64,000 bases of DNA from Centroscyllium fabricii (Eukaryota), in the NCBI GenBank assembly GCA_051313645.2, contig JBNRSN020000024.1, forward strand, positions 87,792,001-87,856,000, written 5' to 3'. Both the position numbers and the translations under genes were made by a program. The notes below the pieces were generated by a model, which did not search any database, was not told where the DNA came from, and was given only the letters and a program-made list of their open reading frames with translations. Below are positions 23,394 to 35,772 of this stretch, piece after piece. Each line of letters opens with the position of its first letter. Position 1 is the first letter of the stretch.

Positions 23394-23544
23394 GTAAGGA
23401 CAGAAATGGGCTTTGCTTTGCTTCATAAAACAATTATATTTCAGCCCTGTGTCCAAACACGTACCTGACTGTTCTTAGAGGTCCACTACTTCTGATGTTG
23501 CCTAAAGGATAATTTGTCAAAGTGTTTATCACAATTCTAGTGCA

Positions 23545-24068
23545 GATCATAGAATCATACAGCACAGAAGGAGGCCATTTGGCCCATCGTGCCTGTGCTG
23601 GCTGTTTGAACGAGCTCTCCGATTAGTCCCCGCTCCCCCGCTCTTTCCCCATAGCCCTGCACATTGGTCCCCTTCAAGTATTTCTCCAATTCCTTTTTGA
23701 AAGTTATTACTGAATCTGCTTCCACCGCCCTTTCAGGCAGCGCGTTCCGGATCATCATAACTCGCTGCGTAAAAAATAAAAAAATCTCCTCATCTCCCCT
23801 CTGACTCTTTTGCCAATGACCTTCAATCTGTGTTCTCTGGTCACCGACCCTCCCACCACTGGAAACAGGTTCTCCTTATCTACTCCAGCAAAAGCCTTCA
23901 TGATTTTGAACACTTCTGTTAAATCTCCCCTTAACCTTCTTTGCTCCAAGGTGAACAATCCCAGCTTCTCCAGTCTCTCCACATAACTGAAGTCCCACAT
24001 CCCTGGTACCATTCTGGTAAATCGCCTCTGCCCCTTCCCCAAGGTCTTGACATCCTTCCTAAAGTACA
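23545..24068 (-). mobile_element. CR1 3' fragment
   Basis: ORF remnants 23755-24069 and 23555-23758; ATTCTATG tail. Confidence 0.8.
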
Positions 24069-24267
24069 AACTGGATGGTTTGCGCCCAGCTTTGTGTTGT
24101 ACCGCAGGGATTGGTGCTAGGACCTCAGCTATTCATGATATATAATGATCCAGACAAGGAAACTAGATGTAATATCTCCAAGTTTGCAGACGACACAAAG
24201 CTGGGTGGGCGTGTGTGCTGTGAGGAGGATGCCGAGAAACTCCAATATGATTTGGACAGGTTGGGTG

Positions 24268-24555
24268 TGTGGTAATCATGATTACCAGTGTATATAGTTG
24301 AGTACACTACAGACCAGCATGTATAGTGGCTGGGTGCATTGTATATAGTTTTGTATAACGACACTGTCGCGAGGTCAGGTCAGCCACACCTCTAACTCCT
24401 CCCCTTAGGTGAGAGCCTTATAGGTGAGGTCCGACCTGCCCCCATTCATTCTGTACTCAATGTTCGACTGGAGACTAGCTCCATTCTATAGTGATTAAAA
24501 GCCTATAGTGAAGGTAACTACTCGTCTTTGTCTTATTTTTATTGACGATACGTCA
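24268..24555 (+). mobile_element. Gypsy-type solo LTR
   Basis: TGTGGTAA...ATTGACGATACGTCA; TSD GGGTG; similar to the LTRs of the 40911-45992 element. Confidence 0.9.
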
Positions 24556-25228
24556 GGGTGATTGGGCAGATGCATGGCAGATGAAATATAACGTGGATAC
24601 ATGCGAGGTTATCCACTTTAGTGGCAAAAACAGGAAGGCAGATTATCTGAACGGCAATAGATTGGGAGAAGGGGACGTGCAACAAGACCTGGGTGTCCTT
24701 GTGCACCAGTCGCTGAAGGTAAGCATGCAGGTGCAGCAGGCGATTAAGAAGGAAAATGGTATGTTGGCCTTCATAGCGAGAGGATTCGAGTACAAGAGTA
24801 AGGATGTCTTGCTGCAGTTGTACAGGGCCTTGGTGAGACCACACCTTGAGTATTGTGTGCAGTTTTGGCCGCCTTATCTGAGGAAGGATGTTCTTGCCAT
24901 GGAGGGAGTGCAGCGAAGATTCACCAGGCTGATACCTGGGATGGCAGGAATGACGTATGAGGAGAGATTGAGTCGATTGGGTTTATACTCACGAGTTTAG
25001 AAGAATGAGAGGGGATCTCATTGAAACTTATAAAATTCTAACAGGACTGGACAGACTAGATGCAGGAAGGATGTTCCCGATGGTCGGGGAGTCCAGAACC
25101 AGTGGTCACAGTCTAAGGATAAGGGGTAAGCCATTTAGGACAGAGATGAGGAGGAATTTCTTCACCCAGAGAGTGGTGAACCTGTGGAATTCTCTACCGC
25201 AGAAGGCCGTAGAGGCCGGTTCACAATA

Positions 25229-25590
25229 CAGGTACACAATCCCTTATCTGCAACTCCAAAAACCAAAAAGCTCCGAAAACCGAAGTCCAGGGTTGTGCCA
25301 ACATAATAATTTGTTTCTTAAATAAATTGAAGCTGCAGCAGAAAAAACACGTTCCTACCCCGATCTCGTGCTGTTGATGCCGTGCTGAGGAAAAAAACGG
25401 CCGATCTCCCCCTGCAAACGGCCGATCTCCCATTCCAAACGGCCGATATGCCGTTCCCCGACTGTGAGCTGGGCTGCAAACACGGAAATGCGCATGCGAT
25501 CTGCGCATGCACACTGGGCCAACTCTAAAAAACGTATTTATCCGAGACCCGCCCGGTCTCGAGGTTTTCGGATAAAGGGTTGTGTACCTG
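25229..25590. mobile_element. Tc1/mariner (Tigger-like) MITE
   Basis: TIR CAGGTACACAATCCCTTATC / GATAAAGGGTTGTGTACCTG; TA flanks. Confidence 0.85.
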
Positions 25591-25870
25591 TATATTCAAG
25601 AAGGAGCTGGATATATTTCTTAAGGCTAAAGGGATCAAGGGATATGGGGAGAGGGCAGGGACAGGGTACTGAGTTTGGATGATCAGCCATGATCTCATTG
25701 AATAGCGGAGCAGGCTCGAGGGGCCGAATGGCCGACTCCTGCTCCTATCTTCTATGTTTCTATGCTTGAAACTGGACAATGATTCGTGCAACACCCAAAT
25801 AATAAATGTTAATTAGGTGCCCTTCCTTTGACGGCGTATAGTTCAGTAAGGTCAGTGATAGAGTGTCAGC

Positions 25871-26310
25871 CATGGCTCAGTGTGTAGCTCTCTCGCCTCC
25901 CAGTCAGAAGGTCATGGGTTCAAGTCCCACCCCAGAGACCTGAGCACAAACATCCCGGCTGACACTCCAGTGCAGTACTGAAGGAGTGCTTCACTGTCAG
26001 AGGTGGTGTCTTTTGGATGAGACGTTAAACCAAGGCCCCACCTGCCAGGTGGATGTAAAAGATCCCCAGGCATTATTTCGAAGAAGAGCAGGGGAGTTCT
26101 CCCCGGTGTCTTGTGGCCAATATTTATCCCTCAATCAACATCACTAAACCAGATTATCTGGTTATTGTCACATTGCTGTTTGTGGGAGCTTGCTGTGCGC
26201 AAATTCGCTGCCGCATTTTCTACATTACAACAGCGACTACACTTCACAAAAAGTACTTCATTGGCTGTAAGGTGCTTTGGGATGTCCTGAGGTAGTGAAA
26301 TGTGCTTCTT
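25871..26310 (+). mobile_element. tRNA-derived Deu-domain SINE (SacSINE1-like), near full length
   Basis: TGGCTCAGTG A box, GGTTCAAGTCC B box, GCAGTACTGA...GGATGAGACGTTAAACC...GTAAAAGATCCC central domain; related pieces near 10910-11620, 22310-22530, 33585-33750, 46030-46650 and 49670-50000. Confidence 0.75.
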
Positions 26311-26356
26311 TCTGGTCACTGTTAAATGGTTGATTAAGATCCTTCTTATTCTCTAG

Positions 26357-26557
26357 TTTTGAACATCAGCACTTCTGCCCAGCTGACCTTTGCCCTGACC
26401 CCTGCATTCCAGCCACCAACTCGTCCCAATTCCGCCGCTAGCATTGCGTACTACCCATACCTGGACGGGACATACTTGGCTGTAGCAGCCGCTCTGAATG
26501 GTGGCAATGTGCTGTCCGCTTTCGTTGGGATGTTGAAACAGTGGATGCAGGAATTGG
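26357..26557 (+). CDS. SHPK: Sedoheptulokinase exon 6
   Basis: ctctAG acceptor, GTaaga donor; LNISTSAQLTFALTPAFQPPTRPNSAASIAYYPYLDGTYLAVAAALNGGNVLSAFVGMLKQWMQELG; 201 nt. Confidence 0.95.
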
Positions 26558-26632
26558 GTAAGAAACATTTGGCATTTGTGCAAAATGCAACTCACTACAG
26601 ATCCTGCGATGCAAGAAAACAAAACACCAGAT

Positions 26633-26873
26633 TTGGAGTGTGGAGTTTGCACATTCTCCCCGTGTCTGCGTGGGTTTCCTCCGGGTGCTCCGGTTTCCTC
26701 CCACAGTCCAAAGATGTGCGGGTTAGTTTGATTGGCCAGGATAAATTGACCCTTAGTGTGAGGGGGATTAAATATGTGGGGTTACGGGGATAGGGTGGGA
26801 TATGTGTCGGTGCCGGCTCGATGGGCCGAAATGGCCTCTATCTGCACTGTAGGGATTCTATGATTCTATGATT
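26633..26873 (+). mobile_element. 5'-truncated V-SINE with short tail
   Basis: V-domain followed by GGCTCGATGGGCCGAAATGGCC and (ATTCTATG)n. Confidence 0.85.
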
Positions 26874-26879
26874 ACGAGC

Positions 26880-27215
26880 ATCTATCCCTCTATCTCTGTC
26901 CCTTCACTCTATCCCTCTATCTCTGTCCCTTCACTCTATCCCTCCATCTCTGTCCCTTCACTATCCCTCCATCTCTGTCCTTCACTCTGTCCCTCTATCT
27001 CTGTCCCTTCACTATCCCTCCATCTTTGTCTTTCACTCTGTCCCTCTATCTCTGTCCCTTCACTATCCCTCCATCTCTGTCCTTCACTCTGTCCCTCTAT
27101 CTCTGTCCCTTCACTATCCCTCCATCTTTGTCCCTTCACTATCCCTCTATCTCCATCCCTTCAGTTTCTCTATCCCTCCATCTCCATCCCTTCAGTTTGT
27201 CTGTCCCTCAGTCTC
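26880..27215. repeat. Pyrimidine-rich minisatellite, about 25-27-bp units
   Basis: CTATCCCTCTATCTCTGTCCCTTCA-like units. Confidence 0.9.
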
Positions 27216-27628
27216 TGATTGTTTAGTCATTTTCCCCTTGCTTTTTGTTGGATTTTTATTGGATCTATAATAAGGGTAGAAAATGTTTAGAAAACTCTTT
27301 AGAAAATACCAGTTTCCGAGCACTATCTGTCCCAGGATTGTTTTCAAGAAAACAGTATAATGAAAAAGCAAAATAATTCAGTTATCAGAGTTAATGAAAA
27401 TTGTGTCTTTTTAAAATCTGATTTCACTAAAGATTGGGTGATTTTGAAGTCTTTCGTCCAAGTGTCTTAGAATGACAAAGCTTAATGGGAGTAATTAGTG
27501 TCATAATTATATCAGGACACACAGTTACTGGTACGGGGAACCTTGGGACTGTCAGGTGTAAACGTCAGTGTCCCCCGTGGGTTTTGGGCAGTTGCAGACA
27601 CTGACACCGGTTTTATTCACTCCCACAG

Positions 27629-28023
27629 GTCTGGAGGTCCCAGAGTCCGCCATCTACTGCCGATCGATACACGCTGCTCGAAACGTTGCTCGCACTGACC
27701 TGGCGGTGCAGGCAACCATATTTGGAGAGAGACATTCGCCCGGCCAGCTGGCTTCAGTCACCGGCATCTCCCCGTCCAACCTCTCCCTGGGTCACGTCAC
27801 CAGAGCGCTGTGCCGCGGCATTGCGGAGAACTTGCACTCCATGCTACCGTGCCAGCGGCTGGTTGAGTCAGGGGTGCGGAGGATTATGGGCAGCGGAAGT
27901 GCTCTGACCAGGAACGAGGTGCTGAAGCAGGAAGTGGAGAAGGTTTTCACACTCCCTGTGGTGTATGGGGCGACCGTAGATTCAGCGGTCGGCGTTGCTA
28001 TGGTGATGCTTGACCGGAAATAG
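27629..28023 (+). CDS. SHPK: Sedoheptulokinase exon 7, last coding exon
   Basis: ccacAG acceptor; LEVPESAIY...IFGERH...LSLGHVTRALCRGIAENLHSM...MGSGSALTRNEVLKQEV...DSAVGVAMVMLDRK then TAG. Confidence 0.95.
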
Positions 28024-28976
28024 GGAAGGAAAAAAAAATCCCCAAATGCGAAAATGTGAGAAGGTAAATCAACGTCCAATCCGAATGTATGTGTTACTGA
28101 TCATAATGTTTGGCCACTGATTAAGGGGAGGGTATGAAAGATGACATGAATCAGTCACTCATGAAAGAAAGACTTATGAAATAATACTGAGCGGCCTGCT
28201 GGTGGCGCTGTCCAGGGAGAGTATAAATACTCGGGCTCGGGCCCAGCTTGCTCAGGACATTCTTTAACAGGAACTAGTGAAGGACACAACTCGACCTCCA
28301 TGTTGTAAAACAGTTGATTAAAGCTTTGTTTAACACTCAGACCAAATGCCTAGTAGATTTCTTACATCAAAAAAGTTGGCAGGAGCACCTCCCAGCAGCT
28401 TCTCCAGCCGTCTCTTCCCCAGCATAGCTTGGACGTAATCAGCCACGTGAAGGAGCTGAGTGTAACAGAGAGCTTGGTACCGACACAGGGCAACACCACA
28501 GCCCGTCCTTCTTGACCTAGATGTTGACCTGGTGTCAACGCTGAAGAAGGCCCAGCGTTTTACTGTACAGGCTACGTTCCAAATTGCTCCCTCGCTGACA
28601 CCAAAGACCAATGTTCGAAGAGGACACCTGCAAAGCTGGAGCCAATTCTAACCCTCTGTGGAAAAACAAGGAGGAGGAAAAGAAAGCAAAGGGCAGCGTG
28701 AGATCGCTGGAATTTTTACATCAGGCAGCGATCATGGTCTCCAGAGCACCACGATAACATGACACACAGTTGATCCAACCCTATTGTTGCTGCACCCCTG
28801 AATTTCTCCTCCCCTTGCACATGCCTCCCCCATCCCACATGTGTCTCCCACTCCTGCTGCATCAGCCGTTGCGTATTTAACTTTCGGAAGCATGCAGTGA
28901 ACAGACTCCTAGCTCTCTGCCGCGAGGGGTGAAGCTTGAGGTGCATCTGCATTTTTCTGCCAGGCTCCTCCCTCAG

Positions 28977-30330
28977 TCAATCCCGTCTCAGTCCTGCGTC
29001 AATCCTGTCTCAGCCCTGCCTCGGTCCTGCGTCAATCCTGTCTCAGTCCTGCCTCGATCCTGCGTCAATCCCGTCTCAGTCCTGCGTCAATCCTGTCTCA
29101 GTCCTGCATCGGTCCTGCGTCAATCCCGTCTCAGTCCTGCGTCAATCCTGTCTCAGTCCTGCATCAATCCTGTCTCGGTCCTGCGTCAATCCCGTCTCAG
29201 TCCTGCATCAATCCCGTCTCGGTCCTGCATCAATCCTGTCTCGGTCCTGCGTCAATCCCGTCTCAGTCCTGCGTCAATCCTGTCTCAGCCCTGCCTCGGT
29301 CCTGCGTCAATCCTGTCTCAGTCCTGCCTCGATCCTGCGTCAATCCCGTCTCAGTCCTGCGTCAATCCTGTCTCAGTCCTGCATCGGTCCTGCGTCAATC
29401 CCGTCTCAGTCCTGCGTCAATCCTGTCTCAGTCCTGCATCAATCCTGTCTCGGTCCTGCGTCAATCCCGTCTCAGTCCTGCATCAATCCCGTCTCGGTCC
29501 TGCATCAATCCTGTCTCGGTCCTGCGTCAATCCCGTCTCAGTCCTGCGTCAATCCTGTCTCAGTCCTGCATCGATCCTGTCTCAGTCCTGCATCAATCCT
29601 GCCTCGGTCCTGCGTCAATCCCGTCTCGGTCCTGCGTCAATCCTGTCTCAGTCCTGCATCAATCCTGTCTCAGTCCTGCGTCAATCCTGTCTCAGTCCTG
29701 CATCAATCCTGTCTCAGTCCTGCCTCGGTCCTGCGTCAATCCCGTCTCAGTCCTGCATCAATCCCGTCTCAGTCCTGCGTCAATCCTGTCTCAGTCCTGC
29801 ATCGATCCTGTCTCAGTCCTGCATCAATCCTGCCTCGGTCCTGCGTCAATCCCGTCTCGGTCCTGCGTCAATCCTGTCTCAGTCCTGCATCAATCCTGTC
29901 TCAGTCCTGCGTCAATCCTGTCTCAGTCCTGCATCAATCCTGTCTCAGTCCTGCGTCAATCCCGTCTCAGTCCTGCATCAATCCTGTCTCGGTCCTGCAT
30001 CAATCCTGTCTCGGTCCTGCGTCAATCCCGTCTCAGTCCTGCATCAATCCTGTCTCGGTCCTGCGACAATCCCGTCTCAGTCCTGCGTCAATCCTGTCTC
30101 AGTCCTGCCTCGATCCTGCGTCAATCCCGTCTCGGTCCTGCGTCAATCCTGTCTCGGTCCTGCGTCAATCCCGTCTCGGTCCTGCGTCAATCCCGTCTCA
30201 GTCCTGCGTCAATCCCGTCTCAGTCCTGCGTCAATCCCGTCTCAGTCCTGCGTCAATCCCGTCTCAGTCCTGCGTCAATCCTGTCTCAGTCCTGCGTCAA
30301 TCCTGTCTCAGTCCTGCCTCGATCCTGCGT
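28977..30330. repeat. 22-bp minisatellite built from two 11-bp subunits, about 1.35 kb
   Basis: TCAATCC(T/C)GTC + TC(A/G)GTCCTGC(G/A), with occasional extra 11-mers. Confidence 0.95.
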
Positions 30331-31064
30331 CCGTCTTGTCGAGAGGAAGAGCAGATTTCCCATCAACCTTCATATTTGTATTTTCAGCCACATGTAGAGC
30401 AGAACATTGTGGCCAACAGCAGGGATCTATAACTGAACCACAGGGTACTGATCATTGTGTACATGTAAGAGAGAATATTAATCAACAGTGCAAATAAAAT
30501 GTGCCAGAAAAATTATTTTTGTCATGATTCCTATAATTTCAAAACTGAGCAATGCTATTACGGTGTGCAAATATTTATTATGATATACGTATATACATTA
30601 CAATGCAACTATTTATCGCACTATGTATATATTCATTACAGTGTGTGAATATTGCGCTTTGAATATTTTGTTACTTTGTGAATATATATTACGCCGTGAA
30701 TATTTACTATGCTGTGCATATATTTATTACACTTTGTGAATATATTTTTTTTCCAATTCATCACTGGCAAAGCCAGCATTTATTGCCCATCCATAATTGC
30801 CCTTGAGGAGGTGGTGGTGAGCTGCCTGCTTAAACCGCTGAAGGCCACCTCAGAGGGTGGTTCAGAGTTAACCACATTGCTGTGGGTTCTGGAGTCACCT
30901 CGGCCAGACCGGGTAAGGGCGGCAGATTTCCTTCCCTAAAAGACATTAGTGAACCAGATGAGTTTTTACAACAATCCGGTAGTACCTTGGTCACCATTAC
31001 TGATGCTAGTTTTTCATTCCAGATTTTTTTTTTTTAATGAATTTGAATTACCCTGCTGCTGTAT

Positions 31065-31459
31065 CATAGAAACATAGAAGATAGGAGCAGGAGTTGGCCA
31101 TTCGGCCCTTCGAGCCTGCTCCGCCATTCAATGAGATCATGGCTCATCATCCAAACCCAGTACCGTGTTCCTGCCTTGTCCCCATATCCCTTGATCCCTA
31201 TCGAGCCTGCACCGACACATATCCCACCCTATCCTCGTAACCCCACATATTCAATCCCCCTAACACTAAGGGTCAATTTATCCTGGCCAATCAACCTAAC
31301 CCGCACATCTTTGGACTGTGGGAGGAAACCGGAGCACCCGGAGGGAACCCACGCAGACACGGGGAGAATGTGCAAACTCCACACAGATAGTACCCGAGGC
31401 CGGATTTGAACCCGGGTCTCCAGTGCTGTGAGGCAACAGTGCTGACCACTGTGCCGCCA
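31065..31459 (-). mobile_element. V-SINE with CR1-derived tail
   Basis: Reverse complement of the 21026-21418 type. Confidence 0.9.
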
Positions 31460-32099
31460 TAGTGGGATTTAAACTCCCGTCTCCCGGATCATTAGTCCAG
31501 GCCTCTGGATTACTAGTCTAGTAACAACCACTGCGTTACCATTCCCTCATAATATATATCACACTGGGAATATTTATTATGCTGTGCATATTATTTAATG
31601 ATAATGTTTGTTAGCTGTGTGAATGCTTAATATCTCCATTTAAACAACAAAGGGATGTCACGTGAATATGTTAAGCATTTACCATGGATATTCATAGTGC
31701 GTAATCTGAAGACCCTACTGTTTTAACTCCACTCACTTCAGGATAAGAGTTTAATTGTGCCTTGATACCTTAATACATAACCAAGAGTCTGCACTGAGGT
31801 CAGTGACCATTACTGTACTCAGGAGGCAGAAGTGAAGCCATAAGCATCTTGTGGGATGCTAATTGTCCATATCAGTGAGCAAATGAGCACATTAATATCG
31901 CCAACAGTCCTTTAGAGCCTATTGCATTACGCTGAGTAAAACCTTTTCTCTGATAGCTGCCAAAGACAAAGCTCCAGTTATCGTACTCAGTGCTTACTCA
32001 CTCAAGGCTATGCTGGAGCCTCCTGATATACCCGGGAGACTCCGTGCGGGAGATCTCACTGTCGAGCATTGTATTATCTCTCTCCCTTTCTATTTTAGG

Positions 32100-32328
32100 C
32101 AAATAACGTCACATCCCATATTAAAAAACACACGGATCGGCTGGGGAGTTAACCTCTCCCACTCTGCTCTCTGTCCATTCAGTTACTCCTTCCGATGAAG
32201 ATACCTCCTGCTGAAACCTGCTCCGACTGCGCCGGGTTTAGGAGAGGAAGCACTCTGCAAAAGGCGATTGATTGCCTTTTGCCCTGTCCACCAGGACGAT
32301 CGAGAAGCAGGTGTGACCCACCAGACGT
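32100..32328 (+). promoter_or_regulatory. Possible promoter / non-coding first exon of the downstream gene
   Basis: Island without recognised repeats; CRE-like TAACGTCA (32104-32111), AT-rich ATATTAAAA, consensus donor GTAAGT at 32329. Inference only. Confidence 0.3.
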
Positions 32329-33165
32329 GTAAGTATGTCAGTTAAAGACCACCCTCTCTCTGCGGTCGTTTGCCCTTCAGATCTTTCTGCACACTGTCGC
32401 TGTCTTTGCGTGTCCCACTCCAGGTCTTGTTGAATTTGGGCGGTGGAGGTATCTTAGTTTAAAAAACTTGGTTGGGTTTATCCAGTCCTTGGTTGCAGCT
32501 AATTTCAGCTGCCGAGAAAGCGATTTTTACCAAAGCTTAGTGTGACCGGAAATCAAACTCTGCAGTTTGTATCGTTTTATTTCAGTTTGAGCCCCCCCAC
32601 TCCCTCCGTCCCCAGTTCTGCCGATGCCACTCTGCGCATCAACTGCTTTGAGGTACCTGCCTGCCTCCCATTTTCTGTTTAATCTCTCCCACCTATACGC
32701 TCCCTGCTAGGTGTCTCCATCAGGTGGTCTTAATAATGCCGGCACAGGCACGATGGGCCGAATAGCCTCTTTCTGTGCTGTACAATTCTGTGATTTCCTG
32801 AACTCAACGTAACTGTTTTAAAAAAAACATTTATTTCGGGAATCATTCTGTGATAGCGGAACTTAAATTATGCGCCACAGCAAAGCGACTCCATGCTATC
32901 CCCACCAGTGGAGGATGGGACTTAGTTTACCATGAAGGCTCCCCTCTACTTACTCTCTCACAGCTGGGCCAATAAAGCCATAGCCTATATCCATCGCAGC
33001 TCTGGCTGAATGTATTCCTGCAGGTTTCATCATATGACCTAACACCCCACCCCGTCCGGTCAAACAACCTTTATTCCCATCTCCAATATTTTAATACATA
33101 ATGTTAGAATATTTTAACATTGGTTTACATCTAAGAAAGTAGTCAAGCATCGCGCCAGCAGTGAT

Positions 33166-33425
33166 CTCCCAGACCCAAATCCTCAACTCCTGCCGGTCTC
33201 CCAGACCCAAATCCTCAACTCCTGCCGGTCTCCCAGACCCAAATCCTCAGTTCCTGCCGGTCTCCCAGACCCAAATCCTCAACTCCTGCCGGTCTCCCAG
33301 ACCCAAATCCTCAACTCCTGCCGGTCTCCCAGACCCAAATCCTGCCGGTCTCCCAGACCCAAATCCTCAACTCCTGCCGGTCTCCCAGACCCAAATCCTC
33401 AACTCCTGCTGGACTTCCAGACCCA
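33166..33425. repeat. 32-bp minisatellite, about 8 copies
   Basis: CTCCCAGACCCAAATCCTCAACTCCTGCCGGT. Confidence 0.95.
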
Positions 33426-33944
33426 CAGCTCAACATCTGCTGGCACCCTGGTTTAAAGCAAGCATCAGAGCTGAATGGTTATCAACAATAACAACATCTT
33501 GCATTTATATGGTGTCTTTATCGACATGGCCCTGGTATTGTGCATTTAGCTGATAGCTACTTATTCTCGAGGGCTTGCTGTACCAGCTTGGCTCAGTTGG
33601 GAGCACTCTCACATCCGAGTAAGAAGGTGGTGGGTTCCAAGTCCCACTCCATGATTTGAACCCAGAATCTAGGCTGCCAGTGTAGTGACCTACTGAGGGG
33701 AGTGCTTCCTCGCCCTTTCAGTAAGATGTCACACTGAAGCCCCGTTCAGTGACTGCCACAAAACTGTGCCAGGAAGAGGCTGGGGTTGATATTGGGGAGG
33801 ATGAGATCTGAAAGCTGCTTTCATCCAATTGAAGAACCCAGAATCTATGAAAGATCAATTAAAAACACTCAAATTATAAACTAACCCCAACTCCCATGAA
33901 AATTCTACCAGATAATCAAAGTGCAGATAATTCTAGGAAAGACA

Positions 33945-34622
33945 GAGGATCAGAGGGACCTTGGTGTGCATGTACATAGATCCCTGAAGGCAGCAGGACG
34001 GGTAGATAAGGATACTTACCTTCATTAGCCGAGGCATAGAATATAAGAGCAGGGAGGTTATGATGGAGCTGTACAAAACGCTAGTTAGGCCACAGCTGGA
34101 GTACTGTGTGCAGTTCTGGTCGCCGCACTATAGGAAGGATGTGATTGCCTTGGAGAGGGCGCAGAGGAGATTCACCAGAATGTTACCTGGGCTGGAGCGC
34201 TTCAGCTATGAAGAGAGACTGGACAGGCTGGGGTTGTTTTCCTTGGAGCAGAGAAGGCTGATTGAGGTGTTCAAAATTATGAGGGGCATAGATAGGGTAG
34301 ATAGAAAGGAACTGTTTCCCTTAGCAGAGGGGTCAATAACAAGGGGGGCATAGTTTCAAGGTAAGGGGCTGGAGGTTTAGAGGGGATTTGAGGAACAACT
34401 TTTTCACCCAGAGGGTGGTTGGAATCTGGAACTCACTGCCTGAGAGGGTGGTAGAGGCAGGAACCCCCAACATTCAAGAAGCATTTAGATGAGCACTTGA
34501 AACGCCATAGCGTACAAGGCTACGGACCAAGTGCTGGAAAATGGGATTAGAATAGACAGGGTTTGATGGCCGGTGTGGACACGATGGGCCGAAGGGCCTC
34601 TTTCTGTGCTGTATAACTCTGT
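33945..34622 (+). mobile_element. CR1 3' fragment
   Basis: ORF 34060-34353 (MELYKTLVRPQLEYCVQFW). Confidence 0.85.
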
Positions 34623-34701
34623 GGGCTGGAATTTAATTGAAGAGTCGGGTAGGAGGCGGGACTACAACTTTCAGGATTGTAGTCCCGCCTCCATCGAGTT
34701 A

Positions 34702-35245
34702 CATAGAAGATAGGAGCAGGAGTAGGCCATTCGGCCCCTCGAGCCTGCTCTGCCATTCGACGAGATCATGGCTGATCATTCAATTTCAGTACCCTGTCCC
34801 TGCTTTCTCCCCATATCCCTTGATCCCTTTAGCCTTAAGAAATATATCCAACTCCTTCTTGAATATATTTAATGAATTGGCCTCCACCGCCCTCTGTGGC
34901 AGAAAATTCCACAGGTTCACCACTCTCTGGGTGAAGAAATTCCTCCTCATCTCTGTCCTAAGTGGCTTACCCCTTATCCTTAGACTGTGACCCCTGGTTC
35001 TGGACTCCCTGGCCATCGGGAACGTCCTTCCTGCATCTAGTCTGTCCAGTCCTGATAGAATTTTATAAATTTCAATGAGATAAGAACATAACATAAGAAT
35101 TAGGAGCAGGAGTCGGCCATTCGGCCCCTCGAGCCTGCTCCGCCATTCAATGAGATCATGGCTGATCTTCGACCTCATCTCCACTTTCCCGCCCGATCCC
35201 CATATCACTTGATTCCCCTCGAGTCCAAAAATCTAACTATCTAAA
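34702..35245 (-). mobile_element. Two adjacent CR1 3' ends
   Basis: ORF 34786-35208 and two terminal stem-loops. Confidence 0.8.
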
Positions 35246-35384
35246 TTATTCCATCTGACATTGCATTCTGATCTCCCAAATGATTCAGCTAATGGTTTCA
35301 TTTATATTTAGAGTGTATCCTCCTCTGCAAGTAGTCTAGAAACTTTTACTAGTCTAGGTTGTATACCTCTCTGGCTCCCTTTCC

Positions 35385-35772
35385 CGATTTAGAAATTCTC
35401 ACCGTTGTTTTCAAATCCCTCCATGGCTTCACCCCTCCCTGTAACCTCCTCCAACCCTCTGAGATCTCTGCACTCCTCCAATTGTGGCCTCCTGCCCATT
35501 TCCCAATTTTAATTGCTCCACCATTGGCGGCCGTGCCTTCAGCTGCCTGGGCCCTAATTTCTGGAATTCCTTCCCTAAACCTCTCCGCCTCTCTACCTCT
35601 CTCTCCTCCTTTAAGATATTCTTTAAAATCTATGTCTTAGGTTAAGCTTTTGGTCACCTGTCCTAACAGCTCCTCATGTGGCTCGGTGTCAAATTTTGTT
35701 CGATAACGCTCCTGTGAAGCGCCTTGGGACGTTTTACTATGTTAAAGCCGCTATATAAATGCAAGTTGTTGT
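35385..35772 (+). mobile_element. L2-like LINE 3' end
   Basis: ILTVVFKSLHG remnant, GGCCGTGCCTTCAGC...TCTGGAATTCC, ending GCTATATAAATGCAAGTTGTTGT. Confidence 0.6.

Larger units (their letters stand above)
24095..25765 (+). mobile_element. Truncated CR1 carrying a solo LTR and a MITE
   Basis: ORF pieces 24075-24275, 24542-25000 and 25005-25225; 3' end near 25765. Confidence 0.85.

Noticed and set aside
28091-28366. Possible solo LTR in the SHPK 3' UTR (TGT start, TATAAATA, ATTAAA, ACA end)
   Set aside because: No matching target-site duplication and no second copy in the window.
28929-30497. 522-aa and 498-aa ORFs
   Set aside because: Translations of a 22-bp minisatellite that lacks stop codons; no protein features.
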